Below, piece after piece: positions 28,965 through 40,137 of a stretch of DNA of 64,000 nt; within the stretch, counting starts at the first letter, position 1, and each line of letters starts with the position of its first letter. This stretch comes from Leptolyngbyaceae cyanobacterium. GTDB lineage: Bacteria > Cyanobacteriota > Cyanobacteriia > Phormidesmidales > Phormidesmidaceae. The notes beneath the pieces were generated by a model. That model saw only the letters and a list, made by a program, of their open reading frames with translations. It had not been told where the DNA came from and did not search any database. Both the position numbers and the translations under genes were made by a program. The stretch spans positions 5,529-69,528 of the forward strand of contig JBHJHA010000053.1 of the NCBI GenBank assembly GCA_050331235.1, in the 5' to 3' direction.

Positions 28965-29915
28965 ATGGCTGATTCTTCATCTAAGGTTTCGATCTATGCG
29001 GCGATGGCCGCCAACGTCGCCATTGCGATCGCCAAGTTCGTTGGCGCTAGCATCAGCGGTAGCTCAGCAATGTTGTCCGAGGGCATTCATTCAGTTGTGG
29101 ACTCTACCAATGAAGTCCTGCTGCTGTATGGCCTCAAGCAAAGTGAAAAAGAGCCGGATGAAAAACATCCCCTCGGCCATGGTCAGGAGCTTTATTTTTG
29201 GTCTTTAGTTGTCGCAGTCTTGATCTTTTCTTTAGGCGGGGGCTTTTCGATTTACGAGGGCATCCAGAGCTTTCAAAATCCAGAACCTTCAGAAAATCCG
29301 ATTGTGAGCTATGGCGTATTGGGCATAGCGGCCATTTTTGAGGCGACGGCGCTGGTGGTATCAGTGCGCGAGTTTTACAAACGGGCCCCCAATCTCGATG
29401 TAAGCTTTTGGACTGCAATTCGCCGAAGCAAGGACCCCAGTAGCTTTATCGTGATCTTCGAAGATGCGGCAGCGCTGCTAGGGTTATTGGTTGCCTTTGG
29501 TGGTGTCGCCCTGAGCCAGTGGACGGGAAATGCGCTATACGATGGGATTGCCTCGATCGTTATCGGCGTCCTTTTGACGGTGGTGGCGATTGTCTTAGTG
29601 GCTGAGACTAAAGGGCTGTTAATCGGAGAAAGCGCTCTGCCCGAAACTCAGGAAAGCATCAAAGTCATTGTTCGCTCTGATCAGGCAGTGACGAGTCTAG
29701 AGCCACCGATTACCTTTCACCTTGGGCCAGAGGATATTATGCTGGCGCTCAATATCGAGTTTGCTGATGCGCTCTCGGCCGATGAGATTGAGGCGGCTGT
29801 CAGGCGGATTGAGGGCAACATCCGTGAAGAGCATCCCGAAGTTAAGCGGATTTTTATTGAGGCGGCTTCGACTACGACCCAAAAGGTGGCAGAAGAAGAG
29901 GCGATTTCTGACTAA
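28965..29915 (+). CDS. Cation diffusion facilitator (CDF) family metal efflux transporter
   Basis: From ATG 28965: six predicted TM helices (AANVAIAIAKFVGA..., SEGIHSVVDSTNE, HPLGHGQELYFWS) and a C-terminal cytoplasmic domain. The track start at 28872 is GTG. Confidence 0.88.
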   Translation: MADSSSKVSIYAAMAANVAIAIAKFVGASISGSSAMLSEGIHSVVDSTNEVLLLYGLKQSEKEPDEKHPLGHGQELYFWSLVVAVLIFSLGGGFSIYEGIQSFQNPEPSENPIVSYGVLGIAAIFEATALVVSVREFYKRAPNLDVSFWTAIRRSKDPSSFIVIFEDAAALLGLLVAFGGVALSQWTGNALYDGIASIVIGVLLTVVAIVLVAETKGLLIGESALPETQESIKVIVRSDQAVTSLEPPITFHLGPEDIMLALNIEFADALSADEIEAAVRRIEGNIREEHPEVKRIFIEAASTTTQKVAEEEAISD

Positions 29916-30188
29916 TCGTTGATTTGTCCATCGAGACTGTCGACGCGGTGAGGAACTGTGGAGTCTGAACATCGGAGCGCCGTAAGTTCTCCTGGACTAT
30001 GAACCGCCGGACTCGTTGGCGGCAACGGCTCAGGAAATGCTGTAACCGTTGTGGTGTAGCTTAAATTGCAGTGGTCTCAGCCACTCATGGTTATTGCCTA
30101 AGACTGGCCTCATCGCACCCCAAATGCAGCGATCTCATCACCACCGTCATAATGGACGTGGCGTACTCACTCAGACCATGCCAGCATT

Positions 30189-31799
30189 ATGAAGCGGTTT
30201 ACGGAGCTTTTTCAGGCCATTGACGCAACCACCTCGACCAACGCTAAGGTTGAGGCGCTGCGCCAGTATTTTGCCACCGAAGCACCCGTTAATGCTGTCT
30301 GGGCGCTGTATTTGTTACTCAACAAAACCCGTCGCCGCTTAGTGACTTCCCGTATCTTGCGCGACGTCTATCTCAGCATCTCTGAAATGCCTGAATGGCT
30401 ATTCAAAGACTGCTATTCCCACGTGGGCGACTCGGCTGAGGTAATTGCCCTCCTGCTGCGCGATACTCCCCTCCAGGGCAAATCAGCGGCGGACATTCCC
30501 CTTCATCAGTGGATGGAGCAGATCATTCCCCTGGTTAAAGCGGCTGAAACCGAGGAGGAGCGCCACGAACTGATTGTGTCCTGGTGGCGATCGCTCGATG
30601 ACTCCGAAATTTTTGTGCTGAATAAGGTGTTGACCGGTGCGTTTCGCGTAGGCGCTTCCAGCAAGTTAGTCATCAAGGGATTGTCAGCCGCCGCCCATGT
30701 TCCTGAACCGGTACTAGCCCACCGACTGATGGGCGACTTTGAGCCTACGGTGGAGTTTTACCAGAGCCTCATCAGCCAAGAGGCTGTCGAAACTGCCCCC
30801 AGTCAACCCTATCCGTTTTTCCTTGCCTCGCAAATCGACGAAGACAAATTTCGCGCAGAGACAATGGCTGACTGGCTCGCCGAATGGAAATGGGATGGCA
30901 TCCGCGCCCAGGTAATCAAGCGAGCCGGTGAGGTCTTTATCTGGTCTCGGGGAGAAGACCTGATCACCGAACAGTTTCCTGAACTTGTGGAAGCGTTTCA
31001 GCCATTTGCCAATGGCCACGTTTTCGATGGTGAAATTCTCTGCTGGGAGGGCGATCGCCCGCTCACCTTCAACCATTTGCAAAAGCGGCTGGGCCGTAAG
31101 CGCGTCACCCAAAAAGTCATGGCCGAAAGCCCCGTCCGATTCATTGCCTATGACCTAATCGAACATACCGGCAACGACATTCGAGAAAAGCCGCTGTGCG
31201 ATCGCAAAGCTCTGCTGCAAGCCTTACTCGCCGATGCCACAGACGACCGAATTGACTGCTCTAGCCCTTTAGAGTTCGCCTCGTTTGCTGACTTAGAGGC
31301 CCTGCGGGGGCGATCGCGCGATACCGGCGCAGAGGGGCTAGTGATTAAAGCCTGGGACAGTCCCTATTTAGTGGGCCGCAAGCGGGGCTACTGGTGGAAA
31401 TTTAAGGTCGATCCGATGACCTTAGATGCCGTGTTGATCTATGCCCAAGCGGGCAGCGGCAAACGGGCTAACCTTTTCACTGATTACACCTTTGCCCTCT
31501 GGCGAGGAGAGGAACTCGTACCCTTTGCTAAAGCCTATTCTGGCTTGGATAACGATGAAATTGAAAAGCTCGACAAATGGATTCGCCACCATACCATCGA
31601 GCGCTTTGGCCCCGTCCGCTCAGTGGAGCCAATTCACGTCTTTGAAATCGGCTTTGAGGGCATTGCCGAGTCAAAGCGCCACAAATCTGGCATTTCCGTG
31701 CGGTTTCCTCGGATCTTGCGCTGGCGCGACGATAAGCCCATCGCCGAAGCTGACACCCTCGACTCCGCTCAGGCCTTACTCAAAAGTTATCAGAGCTAA
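30189..31799 (+). CDS. ATP-dependent DNA ligase
   Basis: 536 aa. Adenylation motif I EWKWDGIRAQ (KxDG), FDGEILCW, FIAYDL, EGLVIKAWDSPY, GRKRGYWWKFK, and an OB-domain tail. Confidence 0.9.
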   Translation: MKRFTELFQAIDATTSTNAKVEALRQYFATEAPVNAVWALYLLLNKTRRRLVTSRILRDVYLSISEMPEWLFKDCYSHVGDSAEVIALLLRDTPLQGKSAADIPLHQWMEQIIPLVKAAETEEERHELIVSWWRSLDDSEIFVLNKVLTGAFRVGASSKLVIKGLSAAAHVPEPVLAHRLMGDFEPTVEFYQSLISQEAVETAPSQPYPFFLASQIDEDKFRAETMADWLAEWKWDGIRAQVIKRAGEVFIWSRGEDLITEQFPELVEAFQPFANGHVFDGEILCWEGDRPLTFNHLQKRLGRKRVTQKVMAESPVRFIAYDLIEHTGNDIREKPLCDRKALLQALLADATDDRIDCSSPLEFASFADLEALRGRSRDTGAEGLVIKAWDSPYLVGRKRGYWWKFKVDPMTLDAVLIYAQAGSGKRANLFTDYTFALWRGEELVPFAKAYSGLDNDEIEKLDKWIRHHTIERFGPVRSVEPIHVFEIGFEGIAESKRHKSGISVRFPRILRWRDDKPIAEADTLDSAQALLKSYQS

Positions 31800-31932
31800 A
31801 GCTTTGTCCATGGCGGCATCTAGAATGAGCGGTTGAAGAAAAGGTTCAAGGTCCAGGCGTCTAAACAGTGTGCCGAACTGCAAACCACATAGCGGTTCTA
31901 CTGCGAATGTTTGTGGCTGTAGCTCCCAATTA

Positions 31933-33972
<2,040 letters not shown>

Positions 33973-34084
33973 CTAGATCCAACGCTTAGTTTACCGTTCT
34001 TTACCAGTCGCTTGGTGGCTCAGGGAGCTTTGATGCCTATCCGAGCAGACAACTTTGTGACGTGTGGTCAATGGTCAATCAAAC

Positions 34085-34112
34085 AAAAAAAGGGACGCCA
34101 AGACGCCCCTTT
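34085..34112 (-). terminator. Rho-independent terminator of the 34139..34639 gene
   Basis: Minus-strand RNA: AGGGGCG-UCUUGG-CGUCCCU (7 bp including one G.U) followed by UUUUUU, 27 nt after the stop. Confidence 0.6.
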
Positions 34113-34138
34113 GAAGCTTTAAATTAACTATGATGCAG

Positions 34139-34639
34139 CTAACTAGCGGCAGAAAATCTAAGGATTTTGCTCGCTTTATCAATGCTGTCGCGATCGCCTT
34201 CAACAATGAGCTGAAAGCGGCGAGGGACGTCGGGATTACCTTTTTGCTTTTGCTCAGGCAAGTGGTCTTTGCGAATCCGCTTACCTTGAATTAAGCCAAG
34301 TACTGCACCCGCGATCGTCAGAACAATAATGGCTAATTGATTAAAGCTAGAGTTTACTACATCACCGTAGGTCAGAGTCGAATAAATCGAGACGAATATG
34401 ACGCCGGCAGTGCCGCCAAAAAAGGCACCAATCAATAGACCTGCTTCTCCACCGACAACCGTTCCGAGGGCTGCTACCTCTTCGTAAACGTTGATATCGC
34501 CTTCGATACTGACTTCATTTAAAGACAACCCTTCTTGCTGGAGTTGTTCTTTTGCCTGCTGAGCAGCACTCAAATTGTCGTAGACAGCAATTTTTTGTCT
34601 TTGAGTTGTGCTGTGCTGTTGTTCGAGTTGACTTACCAT
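34139..34639 (-). CDS. Membrane protein with general-stress (YflT-like) N-terminal domain and glycine-zipper TM segments
   Basis: KIAVYDNLSAAQQAKEQLQQEGLSLNEVSIEG, then GGEAGLLIGAFFGGTAGVIFV and IIVLTIAGAVLGLI hydrophobic segments. The family call is tentative. Confidence 0.45.
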   Translation of the reverse strand: MVSQLEQQHSTTQRQKIAVYDNLSAAQQAKEQLQQEGLSLNEVSIEGDINVYEEVAALGTVVGGEAGLLIGAFFGGTAGVIFVSIYSTLTYGDVVNSSFNQLAIIVLTIAGAVLGLIQGKRIRKDHLPEQKQKGNPDVPRRFQLIVEGDRDSIDKASKILRFSAAS

Positions 34640-34900
34640 AAGCTGGAATTCCTCATTTCTGCGTCTGCTTCATAGCCTTAATGAGGACAAGAAAGTTCCT
34701 GAAATCAAAGGTTTTGAAGCACTACTCTTATGTTGGCAAATTCATGGGAGGCTCCTACTCCATAGACCGAGGGATTTGTTTTTGTCAATAGTTTGAGACT
34801 AGGGTGCTTTAGTTACAGCCATCGCGGGAGCAATCCATTTGGTTGGGTGGGCTGAGCTATGAAAACCGGCGCAACGATGGTGCTGTAGGGTGTTATCTAG

Positions 34901-36124
34901 TCACACAAGGTGCTCAGTAAGTATTTGCGCGATCGCGGCGGCTCCTCCGGCGGGTCCCATGCGGCCCTGTCCGTTTTGCCGAATGCGTGCCAAGCGATCG
35001 CCATCGTTTAGCAACTGTGCCATGGCTGTGCCCATCTCGGTGGCGGACTCCACCAAAGTGACTGAAGGGCCGAGCAACCGAGTCTGGAGTTCCGCAAATG
35101 TGGGGGTGAATTGGGGCCCAGCGCCAGGGGTAATCAAGGCTGGCTTGCCCAGGCCGACAAACTGCTCAGTTGCCGTTCCCGCCAAGGCGATCGCCACCTC
35201 AGCAGCTTGCAAACAATCAGCGTAGGCAGTTTGTGTCAGCACGAGCTCAGCGTTTGCTTTGGTAAATCGCGATGCAGTCTCCTGCGCCTGTCGGTGCCAA
35301 CCGGCTAGCGCAACGGCCTGACTCAGCTCCTGTAGGTCAAGCGCGGGGGCGATCGCCCCCAGAAACTGCACTGGTCGCGATGACATGTGCTTCAGCACAC
35401 TCTCCATGCCCTTAAGGATGATCTGCCAGTTGTCATAGGCTTCTGGAGCCCGGGAGCCGGGCAGCAGCAGCACCGTCAATGTGTCGGGATGACTAGATAG
35501 TGGTAGTGCGCTTGGGGTGGTGGCCTTCAGCCCGTCCATCATGGGATTAGCGGCAAAGATTTGGGTGAGGCCTAAGTGCAGCAGCTCTTGGCGGGTGAGC
35601 TCGTCACGAACGATGGCGGCGCGACAGCGATCGCGGCTCATTAACCAGCGCTCCCACGGGAGATACATTGATCCGGCCCAGCCGGCATACCAGGGCAGCC
35701 CTGGTAGAGGCCCCGCCTCATCTCGCAGATAGTAAGCGGACTTGGCGGTGCCGATAACGGCGTAGGGTAACCCACTCCACCAGGCAAACGCCGCGGGAAT
35801 AACATCACCAACGGCTAGCACTGTTCCCCCGGCCAGGGACCACTGCTTTAAAGCTTTGAGCTGCGCTAAGGTGAGCTGCACCAAGCCGCCCTGCAGATCC
35901 CGAGCGAGCTGGCGACTATCCATATAGATGAACCCCCCCGAGGGCAGCATCTTGGCGGCAGCAATCAGGGGGATCTGATGTTGCTGAAACCGTTCGCCGG
36001 CCCCCACCAACGGCAAGGCAGCAAGGTCGAGGCGGGGCAGGCGCGATCGCAAAGCGGAGAGAATCCGTAGCGCGATCACATCTTCGCCGTGACCATTACT
36101 AATGCACAGCAACCGAGATACCAT
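34901..36124 (-). CDS. Lipid-A-disaccharide synthase-related glycosyltransferase-like protein
   Basis: From ATG 36124: MVSRLLCISNGHGEDVIALRIL... and the overall ~400-aa pattern match the cyanobacterial 'lipid-A-disaccharide synthase-related' family as I recall it. The track start at 36145 is TTG. Confidence 0.55.
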   Translation of the reverse strand: MVSRLLCISNGHGEDVIALRILSALRSRLPRLDLAALPLVGAGERFQQHQIPLIAAAKMLPSGGFIYMDSRQLARDLQGGLVQLTLAQLKALKQWSLAGGTVLAVGDVIPAAFAWWSGLPYAVIGTAKSAYYLRDEAGPLPGLPWYAGWAGSMYLPWERWLMSRDRCRAAIVRDELTRQELLHLGLTQIFAANPMMDGLKATTPSALPLSSHPDTLTVLLLPGSRAPEAYDNWQIILKGMESVLKHMSSRPVQFLGAIAPALDLQELSQAVALAGWHRQAQETASRFTKANAELVLTQTAYADCLQAAEVAIALAGTATEQFVGLGKPALITPGAGPQFTPTFAELQTRLLGPSVTLVESATEMGTAMAQLLNDGDRLARIRQNGQGRMGPAGGAAAIAQILTEHLV

Positions 36125-36207
36125 GGCAGCAACCGCATTCCTCAAGACCTGTAAGCAGCATAGACCGAGACCGTTTCAAAATCTGGTCTGATGGCTCGTT
36201 TGGCGTC

Positions 36208-37836
36208 TTAAAACGGCAACGGACTTTGAATGTCGATGGATTTGCCCGTTACTGGATGGATGAACTGAATCGCTTGCGCATGGAGATGGAGGCGACAGGT
36301 TTGGTCCTGATCTCCGTATAAGGTGTCACCCAAGATTGGCGTGTTCAGCCCCTGAGGATGCGCTGAGTGGATACGCAATTGATGGGTTCGCCCGGTGTGG
36401 GGAATGAACCGAAGGCGTGGTCGATCGCCCGGCTCCAGCACCTCAAACTCCGTTAGGCTGGGCTTACCTAGGTTGAAATTCACGGTGGTTTTGGGACGAT
36501 CGCTGGGGTCTCGCCACAGCGGTAGGTTGATTTGGCCACGCTGCGGCTCAATAGACCAACTCAGCACCGCTTCGTAAACTTTGTGAATTTTCCGTTGGGC
36601 GAACTGGTGTCCCAAATCGCGATGAACGGTGACGGATTTTGCCAATATCAAAATGCCAGAGGTGCCCTTATCGAGCCGATGGGGGGCAGCCAAATACGGT
36701 GGAGAAAACTGACACCGGCACCGACTCAACACGCTATCTTGCTGTTGGCTGGTCCGCCCTGGCACCGATAGTAACCCTGCCGGTTTATCAATCACCAGGA
36801 GGCTGTCATCTTCGTAAAGGACCACGGGTAGATCAGCGATCGCCCCTGCCGTTACCTCACGTGACAACCCCGACAGCAAAAAGCCCATAATCGGCTGACA
36901 GCGCTCTACACAGGCACCATAAAACTGACCCGGTTGCTTGTCTCCCGTAGCGGGTCCCCACCAAAACTCCGCCAGCGCCAGTGGTTGCAGTCCATGAGTC
37001 GCGGCATAGTGGAGCAGCTTAGGTGCCGCACAGTCCCCTGTGCCGGTTGGGAGTCCGCTGAGCGATAGCGATTGCAGCACCGACGTTTGTCCGGCAAAGT
37101 TCGTAAGCGAATAAGCAGCATGCATTTGAGCCTGGAGTTCCCGTGATAGGGTTTGGCGCTGCCGCTTCAGCTGACTAATCTGGGCATCAGCCTGGGCGAT
37201 CGCTGCTTTTAGCGGCTGCAAAACCTCGTCGCGTTGGCGCTTGAGGCGCCGCCGCTCGCCCCCATCATGCTGGCTCTGGCGGACAAGTTCTTCCAGCGCC
37301 CGTTCTAGGGTAGCCCCGCTCAGGGTGGCTTGGGATGTCTGGCGGCGGCGATCTCGGATCGTTTTATTTTGACGATGTTGCTCAGATAGGGTGGCCAGCT
37401 GCTGCGCAAACCGCCGCGATTGGGATACCAACATCGCCCGTTCTGGCCGCGATTTCAGGGCCATGATCTCCTGCTTAAATCGCGCTAGGGTCTGCAGGGT
37501 TTCTTGCTCTAGCAGTTGCACCTGAGCCCTGCCGGGAATCGGTGGCACCCAGCCGGGTACGTGACTGTGTCCCCCCAGCAATCCGGAAAAGGCTTTAAGG
37601 ACGCCCAGCTCTCCCGTCGGCGTAGTGACGAGCAGAATGCCGTACATTTTGCCCGCCTGCTGAAAGCGATCATCCCTGACTAAGTCTGTCATTAGCTGGC
37701 GAGCGATTGCCTCTACGGTTGCCGTCCGAGGCAGTTGCAACCATGCTCCGGTTTTTGGGCAGCGTCCCTCGTACCAATATGACGGGGGTGACTGACGGAA
37801 CTGTTCCGTTACAGCAACGGGAGACAGCAGATTCAT
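36208..37836 (-). CDS. RluA-family pseudouridine synthase with a ~325-aa N-terminal extension
   Basis: C-terminal catalytic core: LLVIDKPAGLLSVPG, HRLDKGTSGILILAK, and YEAVL...GRTHQLRIH. The N-terminal 325 aa contain a coiled-coil and Cys motifs (see findings). Confidence 0.85.
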   Translation of the reverse strand: MNLLSPVAVTEQFRQSPPSYWYEGRCPKTGAWLQLPRTATVEAIARQLMTDLVRDDRFQQAGKMYGILLVTTPTGELGVLKAFSGLLGGHSHVPGWVPPIPGRAQVQLLEQETLQTLARFKQEIMALKSRPERAMLVSQSRRFAQQLATLSEQHRQNKTIRDRRRQTSQATLSGATLERALEELVRQSQHDGGERRRLKRQRDEVLQPLKAAIAQADAQISQLKRQRQTLSRELQAQMHAAYSLTNFAGQTSVLQSLSLSGLPTGTGDCAAPKLLHYAATHGLQPLALAEFWWGPATGDKQPGQFYGACVERCQPIMGFLLSGLSREVTAGAIADLPVVLYEDDSLLVIDKPAGLLSVPGRTSQQQDSVLSRCRCQFSPPYLAAPHRLDKGTSGILILAKSVTVHRDLGHQFAQRKIHKVYEAVLSWSIEPQRGQINLPLWRDPSDRPKTTVNFNLGKPSLTEFEVLEPGDRPRLRFIPHTGRTHQLRIHSAHPQGLNTPILGDTLYGDQDQTCRLHLHAQAIQFIHPVTGKSIDIQSPLPF

Positions 37837-37841
37837 CGTCC

Positions 37842-38306
37842 TTACAACTGGTTTGGCGTGTAGGGAGTAAAGCGCGAATCATCCCCTTTGATCACCGTGA
37901 TTACCGTTTTGACCCCGCCCCGTCGAGTAAAGTCACCAATTACGCGCAAGCCCACCGGTGACAGTTCTTGCCAAAGGCAGTCAGCAACTGTGTTTGTCAC
38001 CATTTCGTGGCTGATTCGCTGATCTCGAAAGGAGTTGATATATAGCTTGAAGGCTTTGAGCTCCACCAACCATTTACCAGGCTGATAATCGACCACAATC
38101 GTGCCGAAATCTGGATACCCTGACCGCGGACACAGCGCGGTAAACTCAGGATGTTCTAAGTGGATGATATACGGGTTATCTGTCTGATTGGGCCATTTTT
38201 CCAGTTCCAAGGCAGCTTGGGCGATCGCGCGATCGCCATATTGGCCTAACGTTTCAGGTGCTACTGGACTGGCTGATTGGTTTTGGGTTGTTGGCGAAGA
38301 AGTCAT
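37842..38306 (-). CDS. queF: NADPH-dependent 7-cyano-7-deazaguanine (preQ0) reductase
   Basis: FTALCPRSGYPDFGTIVVDY (catalytic Cys) and the QueF motif ELKAFKLYINSFRD. The stop lies 5 nt before the rluA-like ATG. Confidence 0.9.
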   Translation of the reverse strand: MTSSPTTQNQSASPVAPETLGQYGDRAIAQAALELEKWPNQTDNPYIIHLEHPEFTALCPRSGYPDFGTIVVDYQPGKWLVELKAFKLYINSFRDQRISHEMVTNTVADCLWQELSPVGLRVIGDFTRRGGVKTVITVIKGDDSRFTPYTPNQL

Positions 38307-38393
38307 AGCAGCACTAATTTCTAAAATCTGGATATCCCGGGGTTTTGGTTTGGTTAGCCATCAACAGCAGCCCGAAATGCTCGCTAAGTGTAA

Positions 38394-38849
38394 TTATTCG
38401 TCGCGTTCTTCTAGCTGGGCTAAGACGCGATCGCGAAATTCAGGATCGGTATTGGCCAGCCCCAGTAGCTGAAAGTAGTCTTCTCGAGTCAAGTTGGCGG
38501 CCTCAATGAGTTGAAACGCTTCAGCCTCGATTTCCTCTTGCAGCCGCCGTGACTCCGTCTCAGTTTCGGCTCGCTGGAGCTCTTCAACGCGATCGTCAAT
38601 AAGCCCGACAACCGTGAGATAGGCCGAGACAAACTGATCAACCTTCTCCGAGGGGATGTCATTCGCGTTGAGCTCGGTGCTGTCGATGGGCGACGTGGTC
38701 AGCGGCGTTTCGGACAATTCATCTGCCATAGCCCCTGAGCTGCCGAGCAAACAAACCATCACGACCACGACCCACAACCCAGTAATCAGACCCCGAAACT
38801 TTCTCTGCATCGCTTGTTTCATCGCGTTAGCTCGATTCATGACATTCAC
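38394..38849 (-). CDS. DUF4168 domain-containing secreted protein
   Basis: Signal peptide, then IPSEKVDQFVSAYLTVVGL...EAANLTREDYFQLLGLANTDPEFRDRV, typical of DUF4168. Confidence 0.65.
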   Translation of the reverse strand: MNVMNRANAMKQAMQRKFRGLITGLWVVVVMVCLLGSSGAMADELSETPLTTSPIDSTELNANDIPSEKVDQFVSAYLTVVGLIDDRVEELQRAETETESRRLQEEIEAEAFQLIEAANLTREDYFQLLGLANTDPEFRDRVLAQLEERDE

Positions 38850-38900
38850 ATTGTTTACTCATCAGACCCAAAACGTTGAGGCTTCGCATCCCACTCAAGC

Positions 38901-39776
38901 TTAATCGGCTTCGGCGAGCACATCATCAAGCTGCAGATAGTAGCGCGGGTTGACAGGTTGACCACTCCGATGGACCTCATAGTGCAGATGCGGTCCCGAT
39001 GACCGGCCTGTCGAACCGAGCTCGCCAATTCGCTCCCCCCGCTGAACGCGATCGCCCGCTTGCACACTGAGCTCAGACAGATGGGCGTATAGAGTTTCAT
39101 AGCCGTAACCGTGGTCAATAATCACGTGCTTGCCATAGCCACCAGCATACTGAGACGTGACAACGGTACCGTCCGCAGTGGCATAAATGGGGGTGCCAAC
39201 GGGACCACGAAAGTCAATGCCGCTGTGCATTTCATAGCTAAATCCGCCAAACGGATTACGCCTCAAGCCAAATTCTGAGGTCACCTCTAGACGACCATTC
39301 AAAGGCTGAACATTAGGGAGAGCGGCGGCCCGCGCAGCCTCCTCTTGGAGCGTACTTTCTAGGGCTGGGCGCACCTGTACCTCAAGCTTCGCGTCAATTT
39401 GCGGCATCCGTGATTGGGCTAAAGCAAAGAGGGCTTCGGCATTGGCTGTGCCGGCGATCCCGCCTCGGGGCTCTTCCTCCGGTAGCGGGACGTCAGAGGT
39501 ATTTTCGGGGAGGCCAGCCCGCTCTCGCAAGTCCTCAACCTCCGAGTCTAAGGTTTCGAGTTCGACCAATACTTCGTTAGCCGTTTCAGTCAGCGTCTCG
39601 TTTTGCTCTGCCAGTTGTTCGTTACGACCAATCAACGTGCTGACCCAAACCACGGGTAGCGAGGCCAGCAAGGTGCACAGCAAGAAAATGGGCAGCGGCC
39701 TGAGGGTAATCGCAATCGGCGTTTCGCCCGTTCGAGTAATTAGAACGGTGTAGGGCCTGGGCAATCGAAATCGCAT
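38901..39776 (-). CDS. M23-family metallopeptidase with coiled-coil N-terminal region
   Basis: HSGIDFRGPVGTPIYA...GSTGRSSGPHLHYEVH. From ATG 39776 (MRFRLPRPY...). The track start at 39833 is TTG. Confidence 0.85.
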   Translation of the reverse strand: MRFRLPRPYTVLITRTGETPIAITLRPLPIFLLCTLLASLPVVWVSTLIGRNEQLAEQNETLTETANEVLVELETLDSEVEDLRERAGLPENTSDVPLPEEEPRGGIAGTANAEALFALAQSRMPQIDAKLEVQVRPALESTLQEEAARAAALPNVQPLNGRLEVTSEFGLRRNPFGGFSYEMHSGIDFRGPVGTPIYATADGTVVTSQYAGGYGKHVIIDHGYGYETLYAHLSELSVQAGDRVQRGERIGELGSTGRSSGPHLHYEVHRSGQPVNPRYYLQLDDVLAEAD

Positions 39777-40137
39777 TTTGGTGTGGGATGAGGGAACGAA
39801 ATTGGGAATCTTAAGATTTCTGTCACAGTTCAAGGATTATACGGGGATCAGCGGAAACAAGCAATTTTTAGCCGCGATCGCCCCCGCCCCTTGCTGCCAT
39901 TCGGAGTGCGAGTTCTCGCGTTGTGTGGGCTAGGCATGGAGTCCCCACCCGGTCAGCAAGGCATTCTTCACCGCCGTGACTGACCTGAACTAGGAATGCT
40001 CTCCTCAAAGACAACCGAGCCCAGCCGACGGGATTCTGTCACATCTGACCAAATTCTTACCGAAGCGATTAGTATCGGCATAATCCTCGTGGCAAAATCA
40101 TGGGGTAAATGACCGCCTAGAACGAGAACTCTAAGCC

